Shown here one piece after another: positions 1 through 10,066 of a DNA stretch of 64,000 nucleotides; position 1 is the stretch's first letter; each line of letters starts with the position of its first letter. Position numbers and translations under genes: made by a program. The notes beneath the pieces are model-generated. The model was given only the letters and a program-made list of their open reading frames with translations. It made no database searches and had not been told where the DNA came from. The DNA is from a virus. Where the stretch lies: the IMG/VR virus record IMGVR_UViG_3300028826_000074. One strand, given 5' to 3'.

Positions 1-697
1 GGGCCTCGTGCCAGTGAGTGAAGAGTTGCAATGCGGGGGAGTTCTCGCACACCACAAGCGCGCTGCTCGCGGTGTAGGTGCCGGACCCGGCGACTGGGAC
101 GGTGAGATCCTCGTCCGAGTACAGACCGAAAGTGGTGGTGGAGTAGCCGGTGACCTTAGCGTAGTAGTCGCCGTTGATGGCTGTCATCACCAAGCCCTCG
201 CGAATGTTGACCCGGTCGCCATCTGCGAGCCCGTGCGCAACCCCGGTGGTGGCTACAATCGGAGTGGCGGTGGTGGCGGCCGTGATGATCAGGGTGGAGT
301 ATTTGGCCGGGCGATCGAATTCAATCTTCCCTCCAGTGAGCCCGTGGGTCTGCATGAACGCCATCGGGGTGCCGGGGGAGTTGAGCCGCCAGTCGCCCAT
401 GGTGGCGTTCTCCTCCGAGATGCTGGTGTCCTCCATCCGATTGCCGGAGACCCTCCCAGGGGTGCCGTGCGGGGCCGTTACGTACCGAGCAGTTTCAATC
501 CACGCGATTTGAGCGTCGAGCGTGACGACACCGGAGTCTTCGGTGACTGGCACCCAGATCTCCTTCTTACGGAAGCCGAAGTGGCGCACCAAGATCTTGT
601 CGACCTCGGACATGAGCACGTACGCGTGGGTGTCGTCGACTCCCTTGTAGACTCGCCCGAACAGTGCGCGGATTGCGGAAGATGCGATTGCTGCCAT
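1..697 (-). CDS. Phage A virion structural protein (probable head-tail adaptor), truncated by window edge
   Basis: Open frame from ATG at 697 (MAAIASSAIRALFGRVYKG...) to position 1 with no stop, so it is absent from the ORF track. It has a Thr/Gly-rich beta domain (TAATTATPIVATTGVAHGLADGDRVNI) and lies two genes after the capsid. Confidence 0.6.
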   Translation of the reverse strand, partial: MAAIASSAIRALFGRVYKGVDDTHAYVLMSEVDKILVRHFGFRKKEIWVPVTEDSGVVTLDAQIAWIETARYVTAPHGTPGRVSGNRMEDTSISEENATMGDWRLNSPGTPMAFMQTHGLTGGKIEFDRPAKYSTLIITAATTATPIVATTGVAHGLADGDRVNIREGLVMTAINGDYYAKVTGYSTTTFGLYSDEDLTVPVAGSGTYTASSALVVCENSPALQLFTHWHEA

Positions 698-769
698 AGT
701 TCTCTACTAATAGAATAGGGCGGCCCCTTGCGGAGCCGCCCCACCTGATCCCCTGACCTATTCTGAATG

Positions 770-1726
770 CTACGCCGAGACTGTACCAACCAGGGCGCCC
801 GCTTCACCTTCGTCGTTGACGACGTAGTTGCGGTGCCACTCGAGTTCGCTCGCGGTGAACGGCAAGATGCCGGTATCCACGAAGCAGTCGTTACCTCGGA
901 GCACTCCGGTGTCGCCAGCCGTGCTCGACCACGCAATGGTGGAAGAGGCAAGGCTGTTGCACAGGTAGTTGTATTCTCCGAGCAGGTCGGCGCAAGCGGT
1001 GGTCTCGGTATCGATGACTCCGCGAGTCGTTGCGTCGGTTGGACCCTTGATCCAGTTGTAGGCGATGCGCATCCTGTCCGCACCCGTGAGAGTGAGGAAG
1101 GTGTTGCTCGGCACGGCGGCAACGGCGGCAAACGCTCGGTTGTTAGCGAACAGTCCGTCGTCTCCGGTCCAGATGATGGCGTCTCCGACAATCTGGTCCG
1201 CGTCGTAGCCCCAATAGATCTCGTTGTCCACGATTCGGCAACCGTTGCCCGATACGGTGATCGGGGCCGCCACAGTAAGCGCTGATCCGGCCGCGTTGGC
1301 GCCGGCAAGGAAGAGTCGCAAGTTAGCGATCTCGACGTTGTCCGTGTCGAGCAGCCACGTGGATGTAGCGATGGTCCAAGTGAGCGTTGGCCTGAGGAGG
1401 CCTGCCCCAACGCCGCAAACGGAGAATCCGCTAGCTGCGCCGGTTTCACTGGCCCAGTCCGCCTCGTCCACGCTTTCAGCGTGGCCAGGGAGCACGTAGA
1501 TGCAGTCGCCCCAACCGGTGCGGCCGCCTAACTTCGACATAGCGCTTTCGATGCTGGTCATCGGGCGGTCGGCCGATCGGCCATCCCCCGCGACGACGCC
1601 GGTGCGGTTGCACACGAAAAGCGCGATTCCGCCCATCAGCAGGCCGCGCGCAAACACGGCCTGCTGACCAGGAAGAACGGGAACCCCGCCCACGTAGAGC
1701 GGGCCGCTGGTGTGATTGGCACCCAT
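770..1726 (-). CDS. Phage A virion structural protein, probable beta-helix fold
   Basis: 318 aa, Gly/Ala/Thr/Asp-rich with repeating short beta motifs; immediately after the capsid gene. Confidence 0.55.
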   Translation of the reverse strand: MGANHTSGPLYVGGVPVLPGQQAVFARGLLMGGIALFVCNRTGVVAGDGRSADRPMTSIESAMSKLGGRTGWGDCIYVLPGHAESVDEADWASETGAASGFSVCGVGAGLLRPTLTWTIATSTWLLDTDNVEIANLRLFLAGANAAGSALTVAAPITVSGNGCRIVDNEIYWGYDADQIVGDAIIWTGDDGLFANNRAFAAVAAVPSNTFLTLTGADRMRIAYNWIKGPTDATTRGVIDTETTACADLLGEYNYLCNSLASSTIAWSSTAGDTGVLRGNDCFVDTGILPFTASELEWHRNYVVNDEGEAGALVGTVSA

Positions 1727-1730
1727 TTAA

Positions 1731-2690
1731 CTATGAACCTCCGAAAGCTCCGACCGCGTTGCGCCAGTCGAACACGCCCTTGGAGAGGCGGAAGTCGACC
1801 GAGCACTCGAGCGTTCGGTTGCGGATAATGACGTCCATGTCCGAGATCTCGATGCCCTGGCGGTCCCAGATGAATCGGTGATTCTCTCGCTTGCTGGACG
1901 ATCGGATGATGAACCAGTCGCGGTGAGTCGACTTGGCGAGTCCGATGATGTCGCCGATCATGCGGCTGTACATGGAGCCGTTGTTGTGATCGGTTGTGAA
2001 AGGCTCGTGCCCGTTCACTGGGTTAGCGATCTGTCGCCAGAACACTTCTCGCAGTGAGTCGCACTCGATGACGAACGACCCGTAGCAGCCCGAGATGCGG
2101 CCCTTGTTGTCGTACTGCCTTCGCAGCATGTCAGCGCCCGCGTTCAGCGCCTCAACACTCACACCGGGGTTGCCGGAGATGATGTTGCTGGCGGTGGACA
2201 CGTTGCCCTCGGTGAGCTCCGCGGCTTCCGCGTCGAGCGGGTGGTCGGTCGCGAAGTAAGCCTTCCCGTCGGGACCAAGGTTAGTGGTACCGAGATTGAA
2301 GAACTCATTCACGAGCGCCGTGTCTCGAACGTCGTTGCAGAGATCGCGCAGGTCGGTGCCGCGAGTCTGAATCAGAACGTCGGCGTACTGGTTGTCGCGC
2401 CAAACTTCCTTGGAGAAGCTGAGCAACAAGCCGTAGGCCTGGTTCGTGTATTCAGCGGTGCGAACCTGGTTGTACTGGCCTTCCGGCAGATCCTCGCGCT
2501 CATCGACTGGGCTGGGGCCGATCGGCCGCGTGAAGTGCGCGATCTTAATGAACCCCTGCGTGTCGCTGACCACGTTGCCGCTCGCAAGCCGCTCGCCAAC
2601 TCGGTGCGCGCCATCTGTCTTCCAGAGGGCCATACCCTTGAGTAGGTCTTTGCGCCTTGAGGCAGCTACTTGACTGGTGTTAGTTCCCAT
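1731..2690 (-). CDS. Phage A major capsid protein (Mu gpT-like, HK97 fold)
   Basis: 319 aa; motif LGPDGKAYFATDHP and C-terminal DWRNAVG resemble Mu gpT-like capsids; position after portal and scaffold. Confidence 0.75.
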   Translation of the reverse strand: MGTNTSQVAASRRKDLLKGMALWKTDGAHRVGERLASGNVVSDTQGFIKIAHFTRPIGPSPVDEREDLPEGQYNQVRTAEYTNQAYGLLLSFSKEVWRDNQYADVLIQTRGTDLRDLCNDVRDTALVNEFFNLGTTNLGPDGKAYFATDHPLDAEAAELTEGNVSTASNIISGNPGVSVEALNAGADMLRRQYDNKGRISGCYGSFVIECDSLREVFWRQIANPVNGHEPFTTDHNNGSMYSRMIGDIIGLAKSTHRDWFIIRSSSKRENHRFIWDRQGIEISDMDVIIRNRTLECSVDFRLSKGVFDWRNAVGAFGGS

Positions 2691-2708
2691 TTATCCCTGA
2701 TTACTCCC

Positions 2709-3197
2709 TTAAGGAATCCTTACATCGTTGAGCAGGCTCGCGGTGACCCACCCATTTGTGACGTCCACGGCAGTTACGTAACCGTAATTTGTGCCTGTGG
2801 TGTCCCAGCAATAGTCGCCGGCGGTGCGGCGGGCGAGGCCCACCAAGTCGCCGATGCGAGTATTGGCCACCGTCACGAATGTGACGAGTGAAGTGCCCGA
2901 CGTAATGAGGGGCATGGTGATCCGGGTCGTTTCCCGAATCGGGCGGTACTGGACCGCCAGTGCGTCGGTGCCACCAGCGGCGACAGTGCTAGCCACATCC
3001 GTGAGAAGCACGCCGACTCGCTTAGACGCCACCGCGTTAGTAACGGCGGCGGCTTGGTCGATGTAACCGCTGGCGTCCAGGTAGACGAACGCATTGCGCG
3101 CGCCGGCCTTGGAGCCAACCCAGCCCGCTTCTGATTTGCGGGCTGGCGAATTTACTGAATCAGCGATCCTGAAGTACGGTGCAACTGCTGCTGCCAT
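2709..3197 (-). CDS. Probable capsid decoration/cement protein
   Basis: 162 aa, small and beta-rich, directly upstream of the capsid gene. Confidence 0.45.
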   Translation of the reverse strand: MAAAVAPYFRIADSVNSPARKSEAGWVGSKAGARNAFVYLDASGYIDQAAAVTNAVASKRVGVLLTDVASTVAAGGTDALAVQYRPIRETTRITMPLITSGTSLVTFVTVANTRIGDLVGLARRTAGDYCWDTTGTNYGYVTAVDVTNGWVTASLLNDVRIP

Positions 3198-3199
3198 TG

Positions 3200-3703
3200 T
3201 TATCCATCATGCTCATCGGCTGTCACCCCCTCGGAGAGGGCCTTGTCGATGATCTCCTGTCCTTTATATCGGCTCTCTTCCTTCGTAGCGTTCTTGATGG
3301 CTCCGCTGAGTCCGCCCTTATGAAATCCTTCCATTCTGCGGGCTCGCTCGTTCTCGCGGTTAACGGCGGCGATAACGTCCTTCTTGGGCTTGATCATGTT
3401 GAATGTCAGGCCGTTCGGGGACATCTTCTTCAGCGCCGGATCGTTAGGAATAATCCAGCCCGAGTTGAGCTTGTCCTGCACGATCGACATCCCGAGGTTG
3501 CGCTGGGCGTCGGTCTCGGTGACCCGGAAGAACTCCAGGTCGGATGTCTTCATGCGCTCGTACGGGTGGCGATTGTCCTGTGTTGGCCTCGCGACCTCCA
3601 CGACAGGGTTATTGCCTCCCCCTCCTGATGGGCGCGACGGCGGCTTGGGGGTGTCTTCACCCACGACGACTGCTGGGGCTTTGCCCCCGTTGTTGCTGCT
3701 CAT
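3200..3703 (-). CDS. Hypothetical head-module protein
   Basis: 167 aa ORF overlapping the neighbouring stop (ATGA) within the head operon. Confidence 0.55.
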   Translation of the reverse strand: MSSNNGGKAPAVVVGEDTPKPPSRPSGGGGNNPVVEVARPTQDNRHPYERMKTSDLEFFRVTETDAQRNLGMSIVQDKLNSGWIIPNDPALKKMSPNGLTFNMIKPKKDVIAAVNRENERARRMEGFHKGGLSGAIKNATKEESRYKGQEIIDKALSEGVTADEHDG

Positions 3704-4761
3704 TTGTTAAGTTCCTTGTGCAATTTCTTGAGATCGTCTTTCGTTGGGGGCTTGCCGTCGTTGACTTCCGTCACCCAGACGCGCTTGATCCACGCCTGGT
3801 CTTCCTTCGAGAATGTTTCCATCGTGATCTCGTCCTTCGATGGAGGTCTCTTTTCGGAGACGACCTTCTCTTTGGGAGTGTCGCCCTCATCCCCGCCTTC
3901 GGCCTCGGCGAGCATGCGCTTCTCGTACTCCACGCCTAGGGCCTGGTAGTAAGCGGAGGTGCGCAGGTTGAGCGACAGCTTGGACTTCGCCTCCTTCACC
4001 TTGGGATCCGACTCCTCACTGCCGTCGTCGAACGCGGCCGCGCCGAACCCGACGAGGATGTCGACCATGCGCGGGGTGAAAGCCTTAACGACCTCCTCGT
4101 CGAGCTTCCCTCCCTTGATCAGCTCCTGCGTGAATTCCTCCACGATCTGGGGCTTTCTGGCCTGGAGCTGCTGGGTGAGCTCTTGCGTGCGACGCTCAGC
4201 CTCCTGCTGCGTGCGCTCACGATTGGAGAACTCGGTGGCGAGCTGGATCGCGCGGCTCTCGGCCCACTGTAGGCCGGCATCGGACAGGACCTTCCCGCCT
4301 TCGCCGTCGTCCTCGACGAACTCCTCATAGTCCCACGCCTCCGCGAAGGCCTCGTCCTTGAACGCCGGCAGCTTAGGTGGGGACTTCTTGCCCTCCGTGA
4401 CCGCGGTAGTCTGGGCCGGCTTTTCGTCAATCAGGCCGTGCTTCTTGGCGAGCTCCGCGACCTGCTCTTTGGTGAGCTCGGCGGGAGTTTCTTTGACTTC
4501 CTCTTTGGGTTTCTCGCCTACCTTTTCCTTAGACTCGCCCTCTAACTCGTCATCATCGTCGTCATCATCGTCTTCGGCCACCGCTAACTTGGCTAGCTCG
4601 GCCTTCTCGGCATCGATCTCATCGACGTCTACCGTCTCGGCCAAGTGTGGCCCCTGCGCTTGAACAACTGCGGCCCCGCCGCCACCGCCCTCGCCCTCAT
4701 CTGGGGACGATAGGAACCCTGGTAGCGGAGTCCTTAAGGTTCGCTGTAGATATGTCATCAC
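3700..4761 (-). CDS. Probable scaffolding protein
   Basis: 353 aa, very acidic and coiled-coil rich (EDDDDDDDDELE), between portal and capsid. Confidence 0.6.
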   Translation of the reverse strand: MMTYLQRTLRTPLPGFLSSPDEGEGGGGGAAVVQAQGPHLAETVDVDEIDAEKAELAKLAVAEDDDDDDDDELEGESKEKVGEKPKEEVKETPAELTKEQVAELAKKHGLIDEKPAQTTAVTEGKKSPPKLPAFKDEAFAEAWDYEEFVEDDGEGGKVLSDAGLQWAESRAIQLATEFSNRERTQQEAERRTQELTQQLQARKPQIVEEFTQELIKGGKLDEEVVKAFTPRMVDILVGFGAAAFDDGSEESDPKVKEAKSKLSLNLRTSAYYQALGVEYEKRMLAEAEGGDEGDTPKEKVVSEKRPPSKDEITMETFSKEDQAWIKRVWVTEVNDGKPPTKDDLKKLHKELNK

Positions 4762-4900
4762 AGCAACTATACACCGATTCCGCTAGCGGATGGATGTGGT
4801 TGCGGTGAACGACTCCTCGAGCTCAACGCCCTTGGATGACCCAATCAGCTCGTGGATAAACTCGGCCACCGCCGCCGCAGCGATGGCCTTGACTTGAGGA

Positions 4901-6802
4901 TTAGACGCCGACTGGCGCCCCGATTGGGGGTCCTGCTCCAAGGAGGGCTGCGAGCATAGGATCAATGGCAGATCCTCCAAGAGCCGCTGCCGGTGCCGGC
5001 GCAGCCAGTCCCGGAGGAATAGGCATCGCCCCTCCTCCGCCGAGCATTCCCAAAAGTTCAGGGGGGATTCCTCCGAGGAGGGCGTCTGGCCCTCCAACGA
5101 ACTCGGGATTAGGCTGCTCTGCCGGTGCGGGGGTAGCGATGTTGGTTGTGTCGACAATGATGTTCTCCATGGACACAGGCATGTCCAAATTGTTCTGGAA
5201 GAACTTTAGCAGACCTACCTTGGAAATAGCGATGCCCTGGTTCACGACGCCAACGGTGCCGGCCTGGATGTCCTCCAGCCACGGGATCCCGAGCGTTGTG
5301 ATGATCTCCATGAAGAGCTCGATTTTCTTCTGAATGAGTTCTGGGTTGTTGTTGGCGCCCTGCCCGTTCGGGCCGATCTTATAGCGCAGCTTCCAGTCTT
5401 TGGCGCTCGTCGTTTTAAGCCGATCGCCGTGGAACCGCTTGAACGACTTGAAGTTTCTGGCGATCAGGATCTGCATGAACTGGATCGCGCGGATCTCCTC
5501 ATCGAAGAAGTTGTGGCGCTTCTCCTCGCCCTCGTCCGCCGTACCCTGGAGCGCCCCGCCGGTGGCGGTCGCGCTTTGGCTGGCCTCCGGTAGCTGCCCG
5601 GCGGCCACATCAGAGAACCCGGTCACGCCTTCGGCGTAGGTTTTAGCGTCGTTCGCGAGCCCCGCAAGGTCCTTATCGGACGGTGTGGTGGTCTGCACGA
5701 CCGTGAACTTGGGGTCGCCCCGGAACATCATCATGTCGCCCATTCCGGCCGCTTGCTGGGTCATTTCGCCCGTGTAGCCTGCGACGAGGATGGTGCGCTT
5801 AAACGCCGCGACGGCCGACATCAGGCGAGTGAACTGCGCGTCGTTGAGCTCCGCCACCATCGGAATGATGGAGCTGGCGAGGCTGTGCGTTGGCCAGAAG
5901 TCTAGCGGGTCGTACTCGAAGCCTGGCGCGAAGTATTCCGGCATCGGTAGGTCGTATTCCGTGAGGTAGAGCATGCACCGCTGGTCCAGGTGCATCGTGA
6001 ATCGCCACGCCTTCAGCGGCTTCGACTTGTCCATGCCCGTTGGCAGGCGAGCGATGCCGGTGTAGAGATTAGGCTCAAAATTGTCTTCTGATACTCCGTC
6101 CGTGTCTTGGTCGTGAACGGGCGCGAATGGCGCGATATCCTCGCTGAAGTATTCGCCGCGCGCGCGCATCTCCTCAATCTCGAACATCGGGCGATTGGTG
6201 CGGTGCCAGATGCAGCGAGCCTCACTGAGGTCTCGGGCTTTGAGGGTGAACATCCCAAAGTCTTCCGCCAGGATGTACTCCTTGGTCGGCCCGGCGAACT
6301 CGATGTCCCCGTCCTTGACCTCCGCAACGTTGCGCCACCCCTCTCCACTCAGGCGCTCCTCCCACACGATGCGGTACGGGGATCTTGCGCTAATGGCCGC
6401 AATTCTGGCCGACTCGCGGAGCTTGACCTTGTATTTGTCGGCCTCCAGCGCGATCTGGGTGTCTCTCTCTCGAGCTTCCCGGAGGTCGGGATCGCCATCA
6501 CCAGAGAACACGTAGTACGGGTCCATGCCGTTCATCGCGCTGACGACGAGCCTCGAAACACCTTTAACCTGCTTCCGCAACAGAGGGTAGTTCTTCGGCT
6601 CGGCGTCTTTAACGATGACTAGGTTCGATGGGATCTTCTTGTCGTCGAAAACGTCCTGCGCGAACTGATAGCGCTCGAATTTCTCGCGCCGGGATGGGTC
6701 GTTATTGTAGGCGTCGATCATCAGGGCGATGGTGTCGGCCGCTTCTTTCAGCGAGTCTATATCCCACCCTTGCGGGATCTTCGCTGACTTGTCGCGCTTC
6801 AT
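4901..6802 (-). CDS. Phage A portal protein
   Basis: About 633 aa with a Pro/Gly-rich tail; lies between terL/GroES genes and the scaffold; ATG at 6802 preferred as start. Confidence 0.7.
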   Translation of the reverse strand: MKRDKSAKIPQGWDIDSLKEAADTIALMIDAYNNDPSRREKFERYQFAQDVFDDKKIPSNLVIVKDAEPKNYPLLRKQVKGVSRLVVSAMNGMDPYYVFSGDGDPDLREARERDTQIALEADKYKVKLRESARIAAISARSPYRIVWEERLSGEGWRNVAEVKDGDIEFAGPTKEYILAEDFGMFTLKARDLSEARCIWHRTNRPMFEIEEMRARGEYFSEDIAPFAPVHDQDTDGVSEDNFEPNLYTGIARLPTGMDKSKPLKAWRFTMHLDQRCMLYLTEYDLPMPEYFAPGFEYDPLDFWPTHSLASSIIPMVAELNDAQFTRLMSAVAAFKRTILVAGYTGEMTQQAAGMGDMMMFRGDPKFTVVQTTTPSDKDLAGLANDAKTYAEGVTGFSDVAAGQLPEASQSATATGGALQGTADEGEEKRHNFFDEEIRAIQFMQILIARNFKSFKRFHGDRLKTTSAKDWKLRYKIGPNGQGANNNPELIQKKIELFMEIITTLGIPWLEDIQAGTVGVVNQGIAISKVGLLKFFQNNLDMPVSMENIIVDTTNIATPAPAEQPNPEFVGGPDALLGGIPPELLGMLGGGGAMPIPPGLAAPAPAAALGGSAIDPMLAALLGAGPPIGAPVGV

Positions 6803-6806
6803 GCCC

Positions 6807-7715
6807 CTATGATACGTCAACGGTCGACAAGCTAGCCAGAACCCTGCGGAATCCTTGGCTGTCGACCTCCCTCACGAACACCGCGTGCTTGGCCTGCCAC
6901 TCACAGTAGCGAGACACAAACCACTTCGTATTGTCGGGCCTGGGCTCGGTACGATCGCGGTGCAGAACCACCGTGTCTCCATCCTCGAACGATGATTCTG
7001 GGCCAGCCTTCGCCACAATCCCGGCGTTCACTTTGAAGAGCTTCTTGGCCGTCTCGATTGGCGAGCGGTAGTAAAAGATCCCTATAATCATCCAGTTGGA
7101 GATCAGATCCCACTCCATCGTATTCCGGTTGAGTTTGAGCGGAGTCACGTCCTGCCACGGGTCCTCTTTCCCGACGACGCCCACATCCATCACACCAAAG
7201 AGCGAGCGGATCCTGCGCGCGGCGTACGGGGCGACAATTACCCTGTCACCGATCTCGAGATCGACATCCTCCCCCACTTTCACAACGGTGTAGGCGTCCG
7301 CTCGCTGCTCTAGGGCAGCGCCGGCCTGGTACGGTTTGCGCATCTCCTTCCACGTGTCGTGAGCGGCCATGGCGGCCTCCGCAAGCATGTGGGCTCGGCG
7401 CTTCGCGTCGAACGATTTGTCGTCGTTCCGGTAGATCTGGATCGCCTCGAGAGCTTCTCTCTGGAGGTCGTCCCAGCGCTTCTCGGCGGCGTCGTACTCC
7501 ATCGCGTACTTGTCGTCCCACCCGTTGCCCATGGACCTCAGGTGGATGCTGCCTGCGACTTCACCGTCCGCTCCGAGAACCGGCATCGTCTCGCGAGGCG
7601 GGTCCATGACGACCCAGTATTCGCCCGGGAGCGGTTTGATGTTCCTGAACGGAGCGGGGTCGACTACCGGGTGCTCCGACGGGAAGTTGAGTATGTTCTC
7701 GCCTGGTCTAAGCAT
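6807..7715 (-). CDS. Protein with two GroES-like domains
   Basis: IKPLPGEYWVVMD...GSIHL...TVVKVGEDVDLEIGDRVIVAPY and a second AGIVAKAGPESSFEDGDTVVL resemble GroES strands. Confidence 0.5.
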   Translation of the reverse strand: MLRPGENILNFPSEHPVVDPAPFRNIKPLPGEYWVVMDPPRETMPVLGADGEVAGSIHLRSMGNGWDDKYAMEYDAAEKRWDDLQREALEAIQIYRNDDKSFDAKRRAHMLAEAAMAAHDTWKEMRKPYQAGAALEQRADAYTVVKVGEDVDLEIGDRVIVAPYAARRIRSLFGVMDVGVVGKEDPWQDVTPLKLNRNTMEWDLISNWMIIGIFYYRSPIETAKKLFKVNAGIVAKAGPESSFEDGDTVVLHRDRTEPRPDNTKWFVSRYCEWQAKHAVFVREVDSQGFRRVLASLSTVDVS

Positions 7716-7950
7716 GGTGCATGTAGTAGCCGAAGCACTCCTCGATGCCTTCCATGAATGGAATTGGCAGGGTTATATCGCTCGGGGCGATCCACTTGTC
7801 CTCGAGACTCAGGTAGTGCGCGGTGTCGACAATAAGGCCAACCACTTTCGGGTTATCATCGTCGAATTTCTGATTCCCAACAATCCCAAAATACCAGCGG
7901 CCCTCTTCCTCGTCCCACAGCGCCCACAGCGTTGCGACGAGATTAATCAC
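7708..7950 (-). CDS. Hypothetical protein
   Basis: GTG start overlapping the groES stop (GTGA); 80 aa (INLVATLWALWDEEEGRWYFG...). Confidence 0.5.
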   Translation of the reverse strand: MINLVATLWALWDEEEGRWYFGIVGNQKFDDDNPKVVGLIVDTAHYLSLEDKWIAPSDITLPIPFMEGIEECFGYYMHHA

Positions 7951-8246
7951 TCCCCTAGCTCCACTCCGGCCAGGATGTTGATGTCGTTCATGTAGAGCAC
8001 GCGCTGGCCGCCGATCTCTAGTTCTGTGCCGGCGTACGCGGAGAACATGACCTTCTCCCCAACCTTGCAGCGGCACACCTCTGGGCCGACGCTGATCACT
8101 TCGCCGAAGCGATCGATAACGACGGGTTTCGCGTCGTCCGGTAGGTGGATCCCGCTCGCGGTGGTGTCGATCTGCTCGATTTCGTCGGGGATAAGGACGA
8201 CCATGTCGCCACGTGGGTCGATTTTTGTAATCTTCTGACTCGCCAT
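7947..8246 (-). CDS. groES: GroES/Cpn10 co-chaperonin
   Basis: 99 aa: IDPRGDMVVLIP..TTASGIHLPD..GEVISVGP..KVGEKVMFSAYAGTELEIGGQRVLYMNDINILA matches the Cpn10 signature. Confidence 0.9.
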   Translation of the reverse strand: MASQKITKIDPRGDMVVLIPDEIEQIDTTASGIHLPDDAKPVVIDRFGEVISVGPEVCRCKVGEKVMFSAYAGTELEIGGQRVLYMNDINILAGVELGE

Positions 8247-8260
8247 GCCGCCATCTTACA

Positions 8261-10066
8261 TCAAGTCTTGATCTCTTGTCGAGACCCGAACAGCACCTCG
8301 TTCCTCGCGGCGATCGCGGCCGACACCGTGCGCCTGGCGCCCATGTCCACGGGAGCTTCCTCTCGCGGTGGGCGCAATTTACGCAGGTCGCGCTTCTCTT
8401 CTTCCTCGCCATCGCCTCTTGCGGAGATGACCCTCACTATGCCGGACGCGAACGCAATCCCGACCGCCAGGTACCTCAGGCAGTCCGCGCGGTGCCACTT
8501 AGACTTGCGGTGGATCTTTGTGTCGTCGGCCTCACCGTCGTCGCCGATCTCGTAGCTGTAGTTGTCCAGCTCGTAGATGACCTGAGCAAGGTCCTTGCTC
8601 ACCACAATTTCCTCGTCCTTGAGCATCCCGTACAGCACGTCGATTCCTTCCATGACCCCGCTCACCGGGGGTTGCAAGATCGGATAGCCGTTGTTTGTGT
8701 AGAGCTCCCTCGAGTCGTCTTCGGTGGTGGGGTTTCCGCCCCAAGCGAGCGGGATCGTGGGCGCCCACAGCCCGCTCTCCTCGTCGATCGCGCGCCCACA
8801 TCGCCACTTGTTGGGATCTCGCCGGTACAACTCGTCGAGCGGGTACGACGGGTCCTCCCCGTAGAAGTAAGACGCTATGTGCTCGCTCGCGGTGCGGTTT
8901 CCGTTGTGGTAGCTGGAATACACGATCCACTGGGCTTTCCCGGACTTGCTGGTGCGCGTTGGGTGGCGCACCGCCCACACCCCGGCGTTGTTGAGTTTGC
9001 CGAAGTCGTGCCCCGCCGCGCGCGGCCAATCGGGCTCGATGAGGGGGCGATCGATGACGGCGTAGAGATCGTAGATGACGCCCGCGGGCTTGGTGTAGCG
9101 GCCCTCGTACATCATCACCCATCGCCACTCAGGCATGTGCTCCTTATCGGCGAAACACTTGTCCTTCGAGTTGCGAGGGTTGGCCCACGTGGGGAAGCTG
9201 ACGAGCTCGTAGCCGTCGTCGCCCTTAAGTGCGCGGTCATAAACCTTGGTCTTGAACCAGTTCCACTCGTACGGGGTGGTGCCGAACATCCGGCGCCCAA
9301 ACACCGCGTCCGGCCCCTCCCTATCGTAGTATCTCTTGATCCACCACCCGAAGCATTTGAGTCTTGTTTCGTCCTCTTCGATCCATTCCTTCATCTTCAG
9401 GAAGGTGGTGGAGCGCGCCACTGTGAGACGACGATCGAACGCCTCCAGGGAGGCTTCCTTGTTCTCTTTCTGGCCCGCTTCATCCCACGTGCCTGAGCAC
9501 GCAGTCACGGACTCCAAGTTGCTTGAGTCGCTGGCGTACGCGAACTTGACGAGCACCTCGATGCCGGTCCACCCGAAGAGCTTCTTGAGCCCTTCCTTGG
9601 AGAATTTGAACGATGGCTTATTGCCCCCGACGTACTTGCCGAGGCCGTGTTTGCCCTCGAACACGCGCCGGAACGCCGGGATGGCTTGGTCCTGGAGCAG
9701 GGTGAGTGTTGGGCCGCAGAAAATGTGGTTGCCAAACCCCATCCACGCAATGAACGGGGCGCAGCGCTGGAGCTCCATGAGCGTCCAGTGGGCCTCCGCT
9801 TCCGTCTTACCGCTCTGGTGGCCGGCGCACGCGACGATGTCCTTTGCGTGAGACAGGAACGCGACTTGCTGGGGGCCATGGAACCAGTCCGGCGGTTGCG
9901 AAGTGTCGATCTCGGGGTCGCTCCACTCACTGGACTGCGACTTGATGAGTTGCTCGGCGTACTCGCGCTTCGCTTCCTCTTCCCTTTCTAAAGCTCGCTG
10001 GGCCTTAATCTCCCTGGCTAGGCGCACCAACGTTGCCGTTGACGTCCCCACTCTTAATGATGGCAT
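8261..10066 (-). CDS. terL: Phage A terminase large subunit
   Basis: Walker A AGHQSGKT, Walker B WDEAG, TTPY coupling motif, nuclease acidic motifs GHDFG and HRADCLRY. Confidence 0.9.
   Translation of the reverse strand: MPSLRVGTSTATLVRLAREIKAQRALEREEEAKREYAEQLIKSQSSEWSDPEIDTSQPPDWFHGPQQVAFLSHAKDIVACAGHQSGKTEAEAHWTLMELQRCAPFIAWMGFGNHIFCGPTLTLLQDQAIPAFRRVFEGKHGLGKYVGGNKPSFKFSKEGLKKLFGWTGIEVLVKFAYASDSSNLESVTACSGTWDEAGQKENKEASLEAFDRRLTVARSTTFLKMKEWIEEDETRLKCFGWWIKRYYDREGPDAVFGRRMFGTTPYEWNWFKTKVYDRALKGDDGYELVSFPTWANPRNSKDKCFADKEHMPEWRWVMMYEGRYTKPAGVIYDLYAVIDRPLIEPDWPRAAGHDFGKLNNAGVWAVRHPTRTSKSGKAQWIVYSSYHNGNRTASEHIASYFYGEDPSYPLDELYRRDPNKWRCGRAIDEESGLWAPTIPLAWGGNPTTEDDSRELYTNNGYPILQPPVSGVMEGIDVLYGMLKDEEIVVSKDLAQVIYELDNYSYEIGDDGEADDTKIHRKSKWHRADCLRYLAVGIAFASGIVRVISARGDGEEEEKRDLRKLRPPREEAPVDMGARRTVSAAIAARNEVLFGSRQEIKT

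Noticed and set aside
4783-4900. Protein-like tail of ORF 4783..5157 after the portal stop
   Set aside because: No convincing start or RBS and most of the ORF overlaps the portal; cannot be supported as a gene
10005-10066. 62 bp terS/terL overlap as a possible frameshift fusion
   Set aside because: No slippery heptamer seen; overlapping terminase genes are common and the true terL start may be internal
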